NCBI GenBank assembly: GCA_025935195.1
Contig: JAICVS010000002.1
Coordinates: forward strand, 7,246 to 71,245
DNA: 64,000 nucleotides
DNA from: Ktedonobacterales bacterium
Lineage (GTDB): Bacteria; Chloroflexota; Ktedonobacteria; Ktedonobacterales; JADMIN01
Direction of reading: 5' to 3'
Position 1 is the first letter of the stretch, and each line of letters starts with the position of its first letter. This document shows positions 28,337 through 38,955 of the stretch, piece after piece. Position numbers and translations under genes: made by a program. The notes below the pieces were generated by a model that saw only the letters and a program-made list of their open reading frames with translations, ran no database searches and had not been told where the DNA came from.

Positions 28337-30193
28337 GTGGGAGTGGAGGCGGCGGTGGAGCGATACGCGCACGGTGCGCAAGCGGGCGGACACACGTTGG
28401 CGGCGGCGCTGGCCGCGCTGCCGGCGAACGCGCAGCCGACGACGCTCCTGCTCGGTGTGATAGTGGCGGTCGCGCTCCTGTGCGGCGCGCTGCTCTTCCT
28501 GCGCGGCGGCGGATCATCCCGCGAGCAACCCCTTCTCGCCAGCGAGGGGATGGTCTCCACATCGCTGCGTGGCTACGCGCTGGCGCTGCTAGATGCCCAC
28601 CGCTTCACCGAGGCCGAAGAAGCCGTGCTCGCCTGCCTGGCACGCGCGCCGGACACCCGTTTCAAGGGGCTGCATGGCGCCCTGCTCTCGCTGCGCGGCG
28701 AGCACGCCGCCGCTCTTGCTGAGCTGGAAGGCGCTTCGCGCATGCTGGCGGGCGCGGGCGCCGCCGTCCCACCACGCCACGCACCCTACGCGGCGCACCT
28801 GCTGGCGGGCCAGTCCCTCGCGCTGGAAGCGTTGGGCCGAGGGGACGCCGCGACGGCGCGCATGCGCGAGGCCGCCGCGCTCGATCCCGCCGTCGTCCAG
28901 ACGCGCACCGCGAGCATGCGCCTCATCGCCGATGCCGCTCGCGAGCAAGAGCTGGAGCGCCTCGCCTTCGAGCGCCTCAGCGAATGGGAGCAGGATCGCC
29001 CCGTTCCCCGCGCCTTCGGCTTTTCGGATGCTGGAGAGGGCGTGCGCTTCTACCGGAAGGCGCTCGCCACCCATAAAAACGATCCCCACCTGCTCGGCGA
29101 TCTTGCCCAGGCGCTCCATGCGTCCGGCGACCATCGTGGCTCCGAGCGCATCTTTGAGCACGCGCTGCAAGCCGCGCCGCATGACCCCTGGGTGCGCTAT
29201 GACTATGCGACCATGCGCTGGCGGCTCGGGCAGATGGCGGACGCGCAGCGTGAGCTGGCCGAGGCGGTGCGCCTGGCGTCACACAGCGCGGCGATCCGCG
29301 GCGCCTACGCGCTCTTCCTGCTCCGCACCGACCAGGCGCCGCGCGCCGAACAGGAAACGCTCGCGGCCATGGCCGTCCGCTCAGATGTCTGGATTCTGCC
29401 CCGCCTGCACGGAGGTATCCTGCGCGCGCAGAACAAGCTGCCGCAAGCGGTGCGCGCCTTCCAGGAAGCCGAACGGCTCGGCGCGACCGACGCCGCGTTC
29501 CGGCTGCTGTTTGCCAGCGTGCTCGAACAGGTGGATCAGGCGCAGGCGGCCGAGTCGCAGTACCGTTCGGCGTTGCGTTCAGATGGCACCGAGGGTATAG
29601 CGCCGGCTCGCTATGGCGCGTTCCTGTTCCGCCAACTACGCCTGGGCGAGGCGGAGGAGCAGCTCGTGCGGGCGGCGCGGTGGCCCGAAGGCGCGGATGC
29701 ACACGTGACGCTGGTGGCGCTCTACCTGCTGGAAGGCCGGCTCGACGATGCTGGCCGCCACTTGCAGGCGGCGCTTCAGTCCAGCGCGCAGCCAGCGCTG
29801 CTCCAGGAGTATCAAGCGGAATGGCTGTTGCGGCGTGGACAAGCGGCGGACGCCTATGCGCTGGCGCAGCAGGTGAAGGAGCAAGGCGTCACGCGAGGCT
29901 CGCTCAACCTCGTCATCGGCGGCGCGCTGCTCGCGCTCGGCCGCACTTTCGAGGCGCAGTCGGCGCTGCGTGAGGCTGTGCGCCTGGAGCCGGCGTTGCC
30001 CGCGCTGCTGCTGGGGCGCGCGCGCACACTACGCGATCTCGGCTACACCAGCGCCGCGCTCGAAACAGTGAATCAGGCGCTCACCGTCGCCCCGAACTGG
30101 CCGGAGGCTCTTGCCGCGCAACAACAGCTCACCGCCGAGCAGACCGCCACAAGCCCGGAGCGCACGCGCAATCCACGCCGCCGCCGCGGTTGA
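28337..30193 (+). CDS. Membrane-anchored tetratricopeptide repeat protein
   Basis: N-terminal TM helix, many TPR-like helical repeats; start uncertain. Confidence 0.78.
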   Translation: MGVEAAVERYAHGAQAGGHTLAAALAALPANAQPTTLLLGVIVAVALLCGALLFLRGGGSSREQPLLASEGMVSTSLRGYALALLDAHRFTEAEEAVLACLARAPDTRFKGLHGALLSLRGEHAAALAELEGASRMLAGAGAAVPPRHAPYAAHLLAGQSLALEALGRGDAATARMREAAALDPAVVQTRTASMRLIADAAREQELERLAFERLSEWEQDRPVPRAFGFSDAGEGVRFYRKALATHKNDPHLLGDLAQALHASGDHRGSERIFEHALQAAPHDPWVRYDYATMRWRLGQMADAQRELAEAVRLASHSAAIRGAYALFLLRTDQAPRAEQETLAAMAVRSDVWILPRLHGGILRAQNKLPQAVRAFQEAERLGATDAAFRLLFASVLEQVDQAQAAESQYRSALRSDGTEGIAPARYGAFLFRQLRLGEAEEQLVRAARWPEGADAHVTLVALYLLEGRLDDAGRHLQAALQSSAQPALLQEYQAEWLLRRGQAADAYALAQQVKEQGVTRGSLNLVIGGALLALGRTFEAQSALREAVRLEPALPALLLGRARTLRDLGYTSAALETVNQALTVAPNWPEALAAQQQLTAEQTATSPERTRNPRRRRG

Positions 30194-30310
30194 CAGAAAT
30201 AGCCCGCCGCAAGCCGCCGGGTTTCAACCCGTGCGGTAAGGCGGGCTTGCGTGGCTTTAGCCAGGAGTCCTACCCTTGCCTGCTGGTCTTGTTTCATGTA
30301 GAATGAGACC

Positions 30311-30712
30311 ATGAAACAGACGCACGAATACCGCCGAGATGAACATCGTGTCCATCTCATCATCTATCACCTCATCTGGTGCCCACGTCGCCGCAAGCCG
30401 GTGCTGATCGGGCCGGTGGCGTCGCGGTGCCGGGAGGTGATCGAGGGCAAGTGCGCGGAGAAGGGTTGGGATGTCCTGGCGCTCGCCATTCAGCCCGATC
30501 ACATCCACTTGTTCGTGCGGGTGTGGCCGAGCGACAGTGCGGCGGAAGTTGTGAAGGAGTGCAAGGGCATCACGTCCTTCCATCTGCGCAAAGAGTTCCC
30601 CCACCTCCTCAAGCTGCCGTCTACCTGGACGCGCGCGTACTTCGCGTCTACGGCAGGCAATGTGAGCCAAGAGACCATTCAGCGCTACATTGAGGCGCAG
30701 ACGGGCCGGTGA
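30311..30712 (+). CDS. tnpA: Y1 HUH transposase TnpA
   Basis: YHLIWCP, DHIHL (HUH), KG, W..AYF, YIEAQ catalytic Tyr. Confidence 0.95.
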   Translation: MKQTHEYRRDEHRVHLIIYHLIWCPRRRKPVLIGPVASRCREVIEGKCAEKGWDVLALAIQPDHIHLFVRVWPSDSAAEVVKECKGITSFHLRKEFPHLLKLPSTWTRAYFASTAGNVSQETIQRYIEAQTGR

Positions 30713-30713
30713 G

Positions 30714-31928
30714 ATGGAGACGGTGCGCACGACCTTCAAGGAAAAGCTGAAGCCAACGCCTGAACAGGAACGGGCGCTGGAGGCCGTGCTGTGGCGCTGC
30801 CGCACGCTCTACAACGCCGCCCTTGAACAACGCATCACCTGGTGGCGGCGTGGCCAGGGCAAGAGCGTCACCCGCTTCCAGCAAGAGACGGAACTGAAGG
30901 CCATCCGCGAGGCGTACCCGGAGTACGCCGCCATCCATTCCCACGTGTTGCAAGATGTACTGGCCCGGCTGGACAAGACGTACCAGGCGTTCTTCCGGCG
31001 CATGGCGGCCGGGGAGAAGAAGGCGGGCTTTCCCCGTTTCCAGGGACGCAATCGCTGGCACTCCTTCACCTACAAGGAGTATGGCAACGGCGCCCGGCTG
31101 GATAACGGCTCCCTCGTCCTGTCCAAGATCGGGCGCCTTGCCGTGCGCTGGTCCCGGCCAGTGGTGGGGACCATCAAGACGGTCACGGTGAGCCATGAGG
31201 CGGACGGCTGGTATGTCTGCTTCTCCTGTGCTGAGGTACCCATCCGGCCCCTGCCGCCAACGGGCCAGGAGACGGGCATTGATGTGGGGCTGGTGCATTT
31301 CCTCACGCGCGCCGACGGCGTGCACGTCCCCAACACCCGCCACCTGCGCACAGCGGAGCGGGAGGTGAAGAAGGCGCAACGGCGGGTGTCCCGCCGCAAG
31401 AAGGGGAGCACCCGTCGGAGGAAGGCGGCGAAGCTGCTCGCCCGGAAACATCAGCACGTCAAACGCCAGCGACGCGACTTTCATCACAAGCAAGCCCTAG
31501 CGCTCGTGCGGGCGTACGACACGGTCTCTGTCGAGGCGATCCAGCCTGCCAATCTGAGTCGCCGTCCCGCCCCGGTTCCGGATGGCAACGGGGGCTATCT
31601 CCACAACGGGGCCAGCCGCAAGGCCGGCCTCAACACGTCCATTCAAGACGCCGGATGGCGCCAATTCCTGTCCATTCTCGCGTTCAAGGCAGCATGCGCC
31701 GGGAAGCGAGTGGAAGCGGTGCCACCGGCGTACACCAGCCAGGAGTGCAGCGGGTGCGGGGAACGGATACAAAAGAGCCTGTCCGTGCGTACCCACGTCT
31801 GCACGACCTGCGGGCTGATCCTGGACCGCGACGAGAACGCGGCCAGAAACATTCAATGGCGCGGACAGCGCCTTCGGGGACTCGCGGGGATGCCTGCGGG
31901 GATGAACCGAGAACCCGCCGCCCTTTAG
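30714..31928 (+). CDS. tnpB: RNA-guided endonuclease TnpB
   Basis: RuvC I GIDVG, RuvC II VEA, CSGC..CTTC zinc finger, RuvC III DRDENAA. Confidence 0.95.
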   Translation: METVRTTFKEKLKPTPEQERALEAVLWRCRTLYNAALEQRITWWRRGQGKSVTRFQQETELKAIREAYPEYAAIHSHVLQDVLARLDKTYQAFFRRMAAGEKKAGFPRFQGRNRWHSFTYKEYGNGARLDNGSLVLSKIGRLAVRWSRPVVGTIKTVTVSHEADGWYVCFSCAEVPIRPLPPTGQETGIDVGLVHFLTRADGVHVPNTRHLRTAEREVKKAQRRVSRRKKGSTRRRKAAKLLARKHQHVKRQRRDFHHKQALALVRAYDTVSVEAIQPANLSRRPAPVPDGNGGYLHNGASRKAGLNTSIQDAGWRQFLSILAFKAACAGKRVEAVPPAYTSQECSGCGERIQKSLSVRTHVCTTCGLILDRDENAARNIQWRGQRLRGLAGMPAGMNREPAAL

Positions 31929-31973
31929 GGCGTGCGGAGTGTCAGGTATGGTTGTCTTCCGGTTGTTGTATGG

Positions 31974-32003
31974 TTGACGTGCGCGGGCGGCACAGACCAT
32001 AAT
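31974..32003 (+). promoter_or_regulatory. Putative mnmG promoter
   Basis: TTGACG, 18 bp, CATAAT. Confidence 0.45.
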
Positions 32004-32062
32004 GCGGGGCACGGATCGTTCCCGCGCCGCTTCTATAATAACTCGACAAGGCCGCGCTGCAC

Positions 32063-34162
32063 ATGGATGCTACCGCCTTCGATGCCGCCGCGCACACCGG
32101 AACAACCGACGATTCGACTGATGCGTCATATGATGTAATCGTGGTCGGCGCCGGCCACGCCGGCTGCGAGGCCGCGCTCGCCTGCGCCCGTATGGGCCGG
32201 CGCACGCTGCTGCTCACGATGAACCTGGATAGCGTCGCGCTGATGCCCTGCAACCCCTCCGTCGGCGGCCCGGCGAAGGGCCATCTCGTGCGCGAGATTG
32301 ACGCGCTGGGCGGCGAGATGGGCCGCAACACCGACCGCACCTTCATCCAGATTCGCCTACTCAACACCGGCAAAGGCCCCGCCGTCCAGGCGCTCCGCGC
32401 GCAATGCGACAAGCAGGCGTATCGGCTGGCGATGAAATATTGCCTGGAAGCGCAACCCGGCCTCACGCTCAGGCAGGCGACAGTGGCGCGGCTGCTCTAC
32501 GAGGTCGGGCCGGATGGCCGGCCGCGTGCGACCGGCGTCGCCACCAGCAACGGCGCCACCTTCGCCGCGCGCGCCATCATCCTCACCACCGGCACCTTCA
32601 TCAATGGGCGGCTGGTCGTCGGCGAGAAGACGCAGGCCGGTGGTCGCGCCGGTGAGGCGTCCGCGCTCGGCATCTCCGACGCCCTGCGCCAGCTCGGCCT
32701 GACGGTGCGGCGCTTCAAGACCGGCACGCCGCCGCGCGTGGACGCGCGCACGATTGACTTCTCGCGCACGATCCCACAGCCTGGCAGCCCAACCCCGCTC
32801 TACTTCTCCAGCGACCACGCCGCGCGCGTGGACGTTCTCTTGCCGCCGGGCCGTCCTAACCCGCTCTATCCTGTCCCCACCGGCATGGAAAGCGCCTGGC
32901 GGCCGCAACTGCCCTGCTACCTGGCGCATACCACACCCCGCACGCACGCCATCATCCGCACCAACCTGGATCGCTCGCCCCTGTTCAACGGCATCATCGA
33001 AGGCATCGGCCCGCGTTACTGCCCCTCCATCGAAGACAAGGTCGTGCGCTTCGCCGCCAAAGAATCGCATCAGGTGTTCCTGGAGCCGGAGGGCTGGCGC
33101 ACCGGCGAGGTCTACGTGCAGGGGATGAACACCAGCCTGCCCGAAGACGTGCAGATCGCCATGCTGCGCTCCATCCCCGGCCTGGAGCGCGTGGAGCTGA
33201 TGCGCACGGGCTACGCCGTGGAGTACGACTACGTTCCTTCGGATCAGCTCACGCTGGCGCTGGAGACCAAAGCCGTCGCCGGCCTCTTCCTCGCCGGCCA
33301 GATCAACGGCACCTCCGGCTATGAGGAGGCGGCGGCCCAGGGCATCGTCGCAGGCATCAACGCGGCGCTCGCCATCACGGGACGGCCGCCGTTCATCCCG
33401 CGGCGCGACGAGGCGTACATCGGCGTGCTGATCGATGATCTGGTCACGCAGCCGCCGACCGAGCCGTATCGCCTGCATACCTCGCGCGCCGAGCATCGGC
33501 TGCTGCTGCGTCACGACAACGCGGACCTGCGGCTGGCGCACTACGCGCATGGCTTCGGCCTGATTGACGGCGAACGCTACGCGGCGACCGAGCGCCGGGC
33601 CGCGCTGGCGAGCGCAGCCGAGGCGGAGCTGGCGGCTTGCGCCATCACGCCGGCACAGGCTGTCAACGAGCGGGCAGAGGCGCTTGGGCTGGGTTCCATC
33701 ACCCAGACCACCACGGCCGCCGAACTGCTGCGCCGGCCCGAAGCGCGCTACTGGCAGGTGCGTGCGCTCGCCGCGCCGGATGCCGGAACGGTTGCCCAGG
33801 CGATGCCCACGCTACCGGAGCTGGATGAAGACACGGCAGTCGAGGTCGAGCTGCGTATCAAATACGCGGGCTACATTCGCAAAGAACAGCAGATCGTCCA
33901 GCGCGCCCGGCGTCTGGAGGACATGCCGCTCGCGCCCACGCTCGACTTCCGCGCGCTGCCCGGCCTGCGCAACGAGGCGCGCGGCGCGCTGGAGCGGGTG
34001 CGCCCGCGCACCATCGGCCAGGCCGCGCGCATCCCTGGCGTCACGCCGGCCGACATCTCCATCCTGCTCGTGCAGTGCGAGCGGTCGCGCCGAGGCATGT
34101 CACGTGGGGTGGCGGCGCGTGCTGTTGGTGCTGGGCATGCGCCGGCCGAAGCGAGCGGGTAG
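32063..34162 (+). CDS. mnmG: tRNA uridine-5-carboxymethylaminomethyl modification enzyme MnmG/GidA
   Basis: [54 protein letters not shown]. Confidence 0.97.
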   Translation: MDATAFDAAAHTGTTDDSTDASYDVIVVGAGHAGCEAALACARMGRRTLLLTMNLDSVALMPCNPSVGGPAKGHLVREIDALGGEMGRNTDRTFIQIRLLNTGKGPAVQALRAQCDKQAYRLAMKYCLEAQPGLTLRQATVARLLYEVGPDGRPRATGVATSNGATFAARAIILTTGTFINGRLVVGEKTQAGGRAGEASALGISDALRQLGLTVRRFKTGTPPRVDARTIDFSRTIPQPGSPTPLYFSSDHAARVDVLLPPGRPNPLYPVPTGMESAWRPQLPCYLAHTTPRTHAIIRTNLDRSPLFNGIIEGIGPRYCPSIEDKVVRFAAKESHQVFLEPEGWRTGEVYVQGMNTSLPEDVQIAMLRSIPGLERVELMRTGYAVEYDYVPSDQLTLALETKAVAGLFLAGQINGTSGYEEAAAQGIVAGINAALAITGRPPFIPRRDEAYIGVLIDDLVTQPPTEPYRLHTSRAEHRLLLRHDNADLRLAHYAHGFGLIDGERYAATERRAALASAAEAELAACAITPAQAVNERAEALGLGSITQTTTAAELLRRPEARYWQVRALAAPDAGTVAQAMPTLPELDEDTAVEVELRIKYAGYIRKEQQIVQRARRLEDMPLAPTLDFRALPGLRNEARGALERVRPRTIGQAARIPGVTPADISILLVQCERSRRGMSRGVAARAVGAGHAPAEASG

Positions 34163-34310
34163 GACAATCCGGCATCCGCCCAGCGGTGTATCCATGGGTG
34201 TGCGCATACTATGAGATAGTGAGATAGGGGTGGCAGGCGAATATGTGCCAGCGATCCGCCGGGGTGTGTGGGGGTGCAGACTCGACCGTCAACTTCCGAG
34301 CCGGGGGGGC

Positions 34311-35012
34311 ATGCCTGTGCGCATCCTGATCGTTGATGACGAGCCGCTCAACAGCCGCATGATGCACTTCCTTCTGAATGAGCAGGGCTACCAGGTCGAG
34401 GTCGTAGATAATGCGCGGGATGCTATCGCGATGGTCGAGCGCCAGCCGCCGGACCTGATGCTGCTGGACGTGCGGCTGCCACAACTGAACGGCTTCGAGT
34501 TCTATCAGCGCCTGCGCGAGCGCGATTTCGACTTCCCGGTGATCTTCGTCACGGCGAAAGATGATCTCGAGGATCGCTTGCAGGGTCTCGAGATGGGCGC
34601 CGACGACTACATCTGCAAGCCGTTCGATCCCGCGGAGCTCACCGCCCGTGTCGCGGCGGTGATGCGCCGCTTCCACCGCGCGACCTCCGGCGGCCATCAG
34701 CACCTCCACTCCGGGCCGTTGGCGATTGACATCGCGGCCCGCCAGGTGACGCTCGCGAACCGGCGCACGGCGCAGCTCACACCCACGGAGCTGCTGGTGC
34801 TGCTGCAGCTCGTGCGGCGCGCGGGCGAGGCGGTCAGCCGCGAGGAGCTGATGGTGGCGGTCTGGGGCGAACACTACGCCGGGGGAAGCAACGTCGTAGA
34901 CGTGTACATCCGCCGGCTGCGTCGCAAGCTCGAAGCGGACCCAACCGCGCCGACCATCATCCAGTCGGCGCGCGGCATCGGCTACAGGTTCACGGGAGCA
35001 CGGGATTCATGA
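34311..35012 (+). CDS. OmpR/PhoB-family response regulator
   Basis: ILIVDDE, LLDVRLP, GADDYICKPF, VDVYIRRLRRKLE, GIGYRF. Confidence 0.93.
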   Translation: MPVRILIVDDEPLNSRMMHFLLNEQGYQVEVVDNARDAIAMVERQPPDLMLLDVRLPQLNGFEFYQRLRERDFDFPVIFVTAKDDLEDRLQGLEMGADDYICKPFDPAELTARVAAVMRRFHRATSGGHQHLHSGPLAIDIAARQVTLANRRTAQLTPTELLVLLQLVRRAGEAVSREELMVAVWGEHYAGGSNVVDVYIRRLRRKLEADPTAPTIIQSARGIGYRFTGARDS

Positions 35013-36679
35013 GCAGCTCGTCGCGAATAGTCTCATTCTTCGACGCGCCAGAGACCTGCCCGGTGGCGGGAGATGGCGCGGGCGCGGCGAGCGCCGATGC
35101 CACCGCGGGCACGCTCGCTCTGCGCATCAGCGAGATCGCCGCGGGTAGCGGCAAGCTATCGCGGCTGGCGCACGAGCTGGCGCGGCTGCTCGTCTCCGCG
35201 TGCGCCGCCGACGCCGCCGTCTTCTTCTGGTGCCGCCAGCGGCCGCCCGCCGGCGGGCGTGTACGCCGCTCCCTGCATGAGGTCGGCTCCGCGTTCTCGC
35301 CTGGACGTGACGACGCCATGAGCCACACACGACCACTGAAGGCGAGCGCGTATCGGGCGCTGGTCGCGGGCCGGATTGTCGAGCGCGCCCACACCAGCGC
35401 GCCAGGCAGCGGCCTCACCCTCGCGCTGCCCATCGGCGCCGAGCGGCCCTGGGCCGTCTGCGTCCTGGCATGGGATGCGGTGGAGCGCGTACCGCATGCG
35501 TCCAGTGAGCTACTCCGCCGCCTCACGCCGGCGCTCGTGACGGCCACCCGCCCAGCGCGCGTGCGGGAGGAAACGGCGCAGGCGTACTCGGAGCACCAGC
35601 ACGCGCAGCGACGCGCCATCTTCACCCACACCTCGGAGGCCATCCTCTCCGTCGGCGATGATTTCATCATCCAGGAGACCAACCCCGCGTTTGGCACGGT
35701 GCTGGGCTGGCAGGATCATCCCCCGCTGGGGCGCCGCTGCTCGGAGGTGTTGCGCTGCCGCGACGAGCGGCGCATGGTGCTCTGCGACACCCTCCGCTGC
35801 CCGCTCCAACAGGCGTTCGCGGCTGAAGGCGCCGCGCCGGTGCGCGAGTTGTACTGGCAGACACGCGCCGGCAAGCTCAGCGAAGTCTCCGCCAGCTTCA
35901 GCGCGCCACGCACCGGCGAGGGCGGGCGAGCTATGATTATCGCGCGCGACATCACCGCGCTCAACGCCATCAATCGCATGCGCGCGAACTTCGTCTCGAT
36001 GGTCTCGCACGAGATGCGCACATCGCTCAACGTCGTCAAAGGCTTCCTCGAAATCGTCGCGGAAGAGCAGGCAGGCACGCTCAACGAAAAGCAGGTGGAA
36101 TTCCTCGGCTATGCGCGTAACGGCACACGGCAGCTTGTCACGCTCGTTGATGACATCATGCTGATCAGTAAGGCAGACTCCGGCCAGTTCACGCTGCGGC
36201 TGCACGATGTGGACCCCGCGACGCTGATAGGCCAATCGCTGCAAGCCGTCCATCCCAGTGCTCAGCGGGCGGGCGTGCGCGTCGTATGCGCGGCGGAGCC
36301 GGCGCTCCCCTTGCTGCGCGCCGACGATACGCGTTTGCTACAAGTGCTCGGCAATCTGCTGGGCAACGCCGTCAAATACTCACCTGAAGACGGTACGGTG
36401 CGCGTGCGCGCCCAGCCTGACGGCGACGCCGTACGCTTCTCTGTCAGCGACGAGGGTGTGGGCGTCCCGGCCGCGGATCACGCCCGCGTCTTCGATCGCT
36501 TCTACCAGTCTGAGAACGCCTCCCATGCGCGTCAGGGCGGCTACGGGCTTGGCCTGGCACTCGCCAAGCTGATCGTCGAGCAGCACGGCGGCCGCATCTG
36601 GGTTGAGAGCCAGGAAGGCGCCGGCGCCACCTTCAGCTTCACCATCCCCATCGCCGGCCCCGGCCCTAGCGACACCTGA
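35009..36679 (+). CDS. PAS-domain sensor histidine kinase
   Basis: SHEMRT H-box, NLLGNAVKY, DEGVG, GLGLA; ATGA overlap with the regulator. Confidence 0.92.
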   Translation: MSSSSRIVSFFDAPETCPVAGDGAGAASADATAGTLALRISEIAAGSGKLSRLAHELARLLVSACAADAAVFFWCRQRPPAGGRVRRSLHEVGSAFSPGRDDAMSHTRPLKASAYRALVAGRIVERAHTSAPGSGLTLALPIGAERPWAVCVLAWDAVERVPHASSELLRRLTPALVTATRPARVREETAQAYSEHQHAQRRAIFTHTSEAILSVGDDFIIQETNPAFGTVLGWQDHPPLGRRCSEVLRCRDERRMVLCDTLRCPLQQAFAAEGAAPVRELYWQTRAGKLSEVSASFSAPRTGEGGRAMIIARDITALNAINRMRANFVSMVSHEMRTSLNVVKGFLEIVAEEQAGTLNEKQVEFLGYARNGTRQLVTLVDDIMLISKADSGQFTLRLHDVDPATLIGQSLQAVHPSAQRAGVRVVCAAEPALPLLRADDTRLLQVLGNLLGNAVKYSPEDGTVRVRAQPDGDAVRFSVSDEGVGVPAADHARVFDRFYQSENASHARQGGYGLGLALAKLIVEQHGGRIWVESQEGAGATFSFTIPIAGPGPSDT

Positions 36680-36691
36680 TAACGGCTAACG

Positions 36692-37519
36692 CTACGCGCG
36701 CCGCGACCGCGCATCGAAAATGGCGCGGGCGCTGAGATCATCGTATGCCGCCAGATCGTAGCCGCCGTAGACAGCCGCGACCGCGAAGCCGGCATGCAGC
36801 AGCGCCAGCTCCACCTCCCCGCGCGCGAGCAGCGCCAACGTCATCCGTGTCTGCGTCCGCCGCACCACGCCGCCCTGCGTGTGAACGTCGTAGATGTGTG
36901 TCACCGTGAGCAGGCCGGGCTGCCCCTGCGCCCCGGTGACAAAATGCGTCACCTGTTCCCGCTGATCCTGATCTCCCCGCGCATCCCCATCCCCCAGCGG
37001 CCAGCTCCCCTGCCACCATAGCTGATGCGCCGTCTCCAGCAGCCACCGCGGCCCACTGATGTCGAGATCGATCAGCAATTGCCCTTCCGGCCGCAGGTGA
37101 TCGCGCGCGACACGGAGCGCGCGGCCGCGCTCATCCGCCGAGGTGAGATGGGCCAGCGCGTTCAGCCCGAAGATCACCGCGTCGAACAGCGTACCCGCTG
37201 GCAGGCCAGGCTCCGTCGCCGTGCCAGGCACAATGCGTATCCGCCGCCGCACACGCTCCGGCAGGCGTGCCAGCCGCGGCCCCCCGCGCTCACGCATGCG
37301 CGCGGACGGCTCCACCCCCGTCACCTCGTGGCCGGCAGTGGCGAGCGCGGCGGCAATACGCCCCGTGCCGGCGCCGATCTCCAGCACGGCTGCGCGACCG
37401 GACGGCGGCGCGACGAGCAGCGACGCCAGGCACTCGACATCCTCGCCGAGCCCGTCATGCTCGACGTCGTACCACTCCGCGATCCGCGCGTACGCATCCA
37501 CTGACGGTTCCGGCCCCAC
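36692..37519 (-). CDS. Class I SAM-dependent methyltransferase
   Basis: VLEIGAGTGRI, GVEPS, LRPEG. Confidence 0.88.
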   Translation of the reverse strand: MGPEPSVDAYARIAEWYDVEHDGLGEDVECLASLLVAPPSGRAAVLEIGAGTGRIAAALATAGHEVTGVEPSARMRERGGPRLARLPERVRRRIRIVPGTATEPGLPAGTLFDAVIFGLNALAHLTSADERGRALRVARDHLRPEGQLLIDLDISGPRWLLETAHQLWWQGSWPLGDGDARGDQDQREQVTHFVTGAQGQPGLLTVTHIYDVHTQGGVVRRTQTRMTLALLARGEVELALLHAGFAVAAVYGGYDLAAYDDLSARAIFDARSRRA

Positions 37520-37696
37520 TGCTCCTGCCTCCCGTTGCGCTCACTCACCCGCCCGTTTGTCGTCCGCGTGGAGTGTACCACCACGTGCCCATGTGCCAGC
37601 GCCCCTCGGTCGGAGTCTGGCAGAGTGGGCATGCAACGAGCCCGCCATCATCTGGTGGCGGGCTCTGGTGGCGTTCGTGTCGCCGCGATCCGGCGG

Positions 37697-37978
37697 CTAC
37701 ACGCTCGTCGAACTGACCTGCTGCTGCGCCTTGTCGGCCGCGGTGTTCGTCGCGCCCTGCGCCTGCTGCAGCGTAGTGTTGACCTTCTGGCGGCCCTGCT
37801 CAATCGCCGTGGACGCCTGGCCGCGCAGATTGCCCAGGCTGGATTGCGCCTGGTTCTGCCACTGCTCGAAGCGCTCCTGCAATTGGGTCCGTGTCACCTC
37901 GCCCCGCTGCGGGGCGAACAGCAGCCCCAGCGCCGCGCCGATGGCACTGCCCCAGATGAACGCGCGAATCGTCTTCAT
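37697..37978 (-). CDS. YtxH-domain protein
   Basis: GAALGLLFAPQRGEVTR; GAGGAGG upstream. Confidence 0.88.
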   Translation of the reverse strand: MKTIRAFIWGSAIGAALGLLFAPQRGEVTRTQLQERFEQWQNQAQSSLGNLRGQASTAIEQGRQKVNTTLQQAQGATNTAADKAQQQVSSTSV

Positions 37979-38090
37979 CCTGATATTGCCTCCTCAACCG
38001 CTTAACATCCGAGCGTGAGCATAATCTCACAACATGCCAACAGGTCAGCAAGCTTCATGCCAGTAGCCCGCCCCCATCGCCTCAGTCCTC

Positions 38091-38942
38091 TCACGCCACC
38101 CCCACACCACACCGTGCGAGCAGCGCGCCACAGGCATGCGCCGGATATGCAATCGGCAGCTGCCCGCCCGGCCCATGCGAGTCCGACCCGGCGCTCGTCA
38201 GCAAGCCGTACTCACGCGCCAGCGCCTCATACGCCGCGGTGTCGCGCTCGCTGTGCGCCGGATAGCGCGTCTCGATGCCGTCGAGCGGCATCTCCGCCAG
38301 CATTGCCCGCACCTCCTCCGCCTCGTAGCGGTGCAGCTCCCCGCCGCCACGACCAGGATGCGCCAGCAGCGCCAGCGCGCCCGCCATGTGCGCGGCGGCG
38401 ACCGCCTCGGCCAGCGGCACCGTAACCATGCGATAGCCCGCGTCCACGATCATCGCCATCGCCCGCGCCGCATCCGGCGCGTAGCTATGGACTTCGAGCA
38501 GCCGTGCGTTGTCAATTGGCCGCCGCACCTGGCCGCGCTGCCCGGCCAGCGCCTCGGCCTGGCCCGCAAAGTCATAGCCACGCCGCCGCAGCTCCGCATG
38601 CACCGCCCGCGTGGTCTCCAATTGCCGCCGCACCGTCCGCCGCACCAACCGCCCCAGCGCCGCGCCGAAGCGCTCCCGCGCGTAACACAGCAGGTGTGCC
38701 GTCTCGCCGCGCCAGTTCGCCGACACCTCCACACCAGCGAGCACGTGGATGCCGCGTACGCTGCCCAGCGCCCGCAACCGCGCCATCCGATCCACCCGAT
38801 CGTGATCCGTCACCGCCACGACGCGAAAGCCCCGCGCCGCCACATGGTCGAAGAGCGCCTCCGGGCGCCACTGCCCGTCACTGTAGCGCGTATGCAGGTG
38901 CAGATCGACGGCATCATCTGGCCCGATCATCACTTCACCCAT
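38091..38942 (-). CDS. PHP-domain phosphoesterase
   Basis: DLHLHTRYSDG, VTDHD, GVE, AHP, GSDSHG. Confidence 0.9.
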   Translation of the reverse strand: MGEVMIGPDDAVDLHLHTRYSDGQWRPEALFDHVAARGFRVVAVTDHDRVDRMARLRALGSVRGIHVLAGVEVSANWRGETAHLLCYARERFGAALGRLVRRTVRRQLETTRAVHAELRRRGYDFAGQAEALAGQRGQVRRPIDNARLLEVHSYAPDAARAMAMIVDAGYRMVTVPLAEAVAAAHMAGALALLAHPGRGGGELHRYEAEEVRAMLAEMPLDGIETRYPAHSERDTAAYEALAREYGLLTSAGSDSHGPGGQLPIAYPAHACGALLARCGVGVA

Positions 38943-38955
38943 GCGCCATTCCCGC

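Larger units (their letters stand above)
30195..31945 (+). mobile_element. IS200/IS605-family insertion sequence (IS605 group, tnpA+tnpB)
   Basis: Matching subterminal hairpins CCGCCGGG-TTTCAA-CCCGTGCGG (left) and CCGCCGCCC-TTTA-GGGCGTGCGG (right); TGAC left flank, TCAG right end. Confidence 0.9.

Noticed and set aside
30190-30220. TTGACA created at the IS left junction as a hybrid promoter
   Set aside because: No -10-like hexamer 16-18 bp downstream
30714-31928. TnpB as a nuclease-dead, domesticated TldR-like regulator
   Set aside because: The RuvC D/E/D residues are intact, and tnpA and both IS ends are present
31946-31976. GTATGGTTG repeated twice right of the IS as a target-site duplication
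   Set aside because: Both copies are on the same side of the element, and IS200/IS605 elements do not generate TSDs
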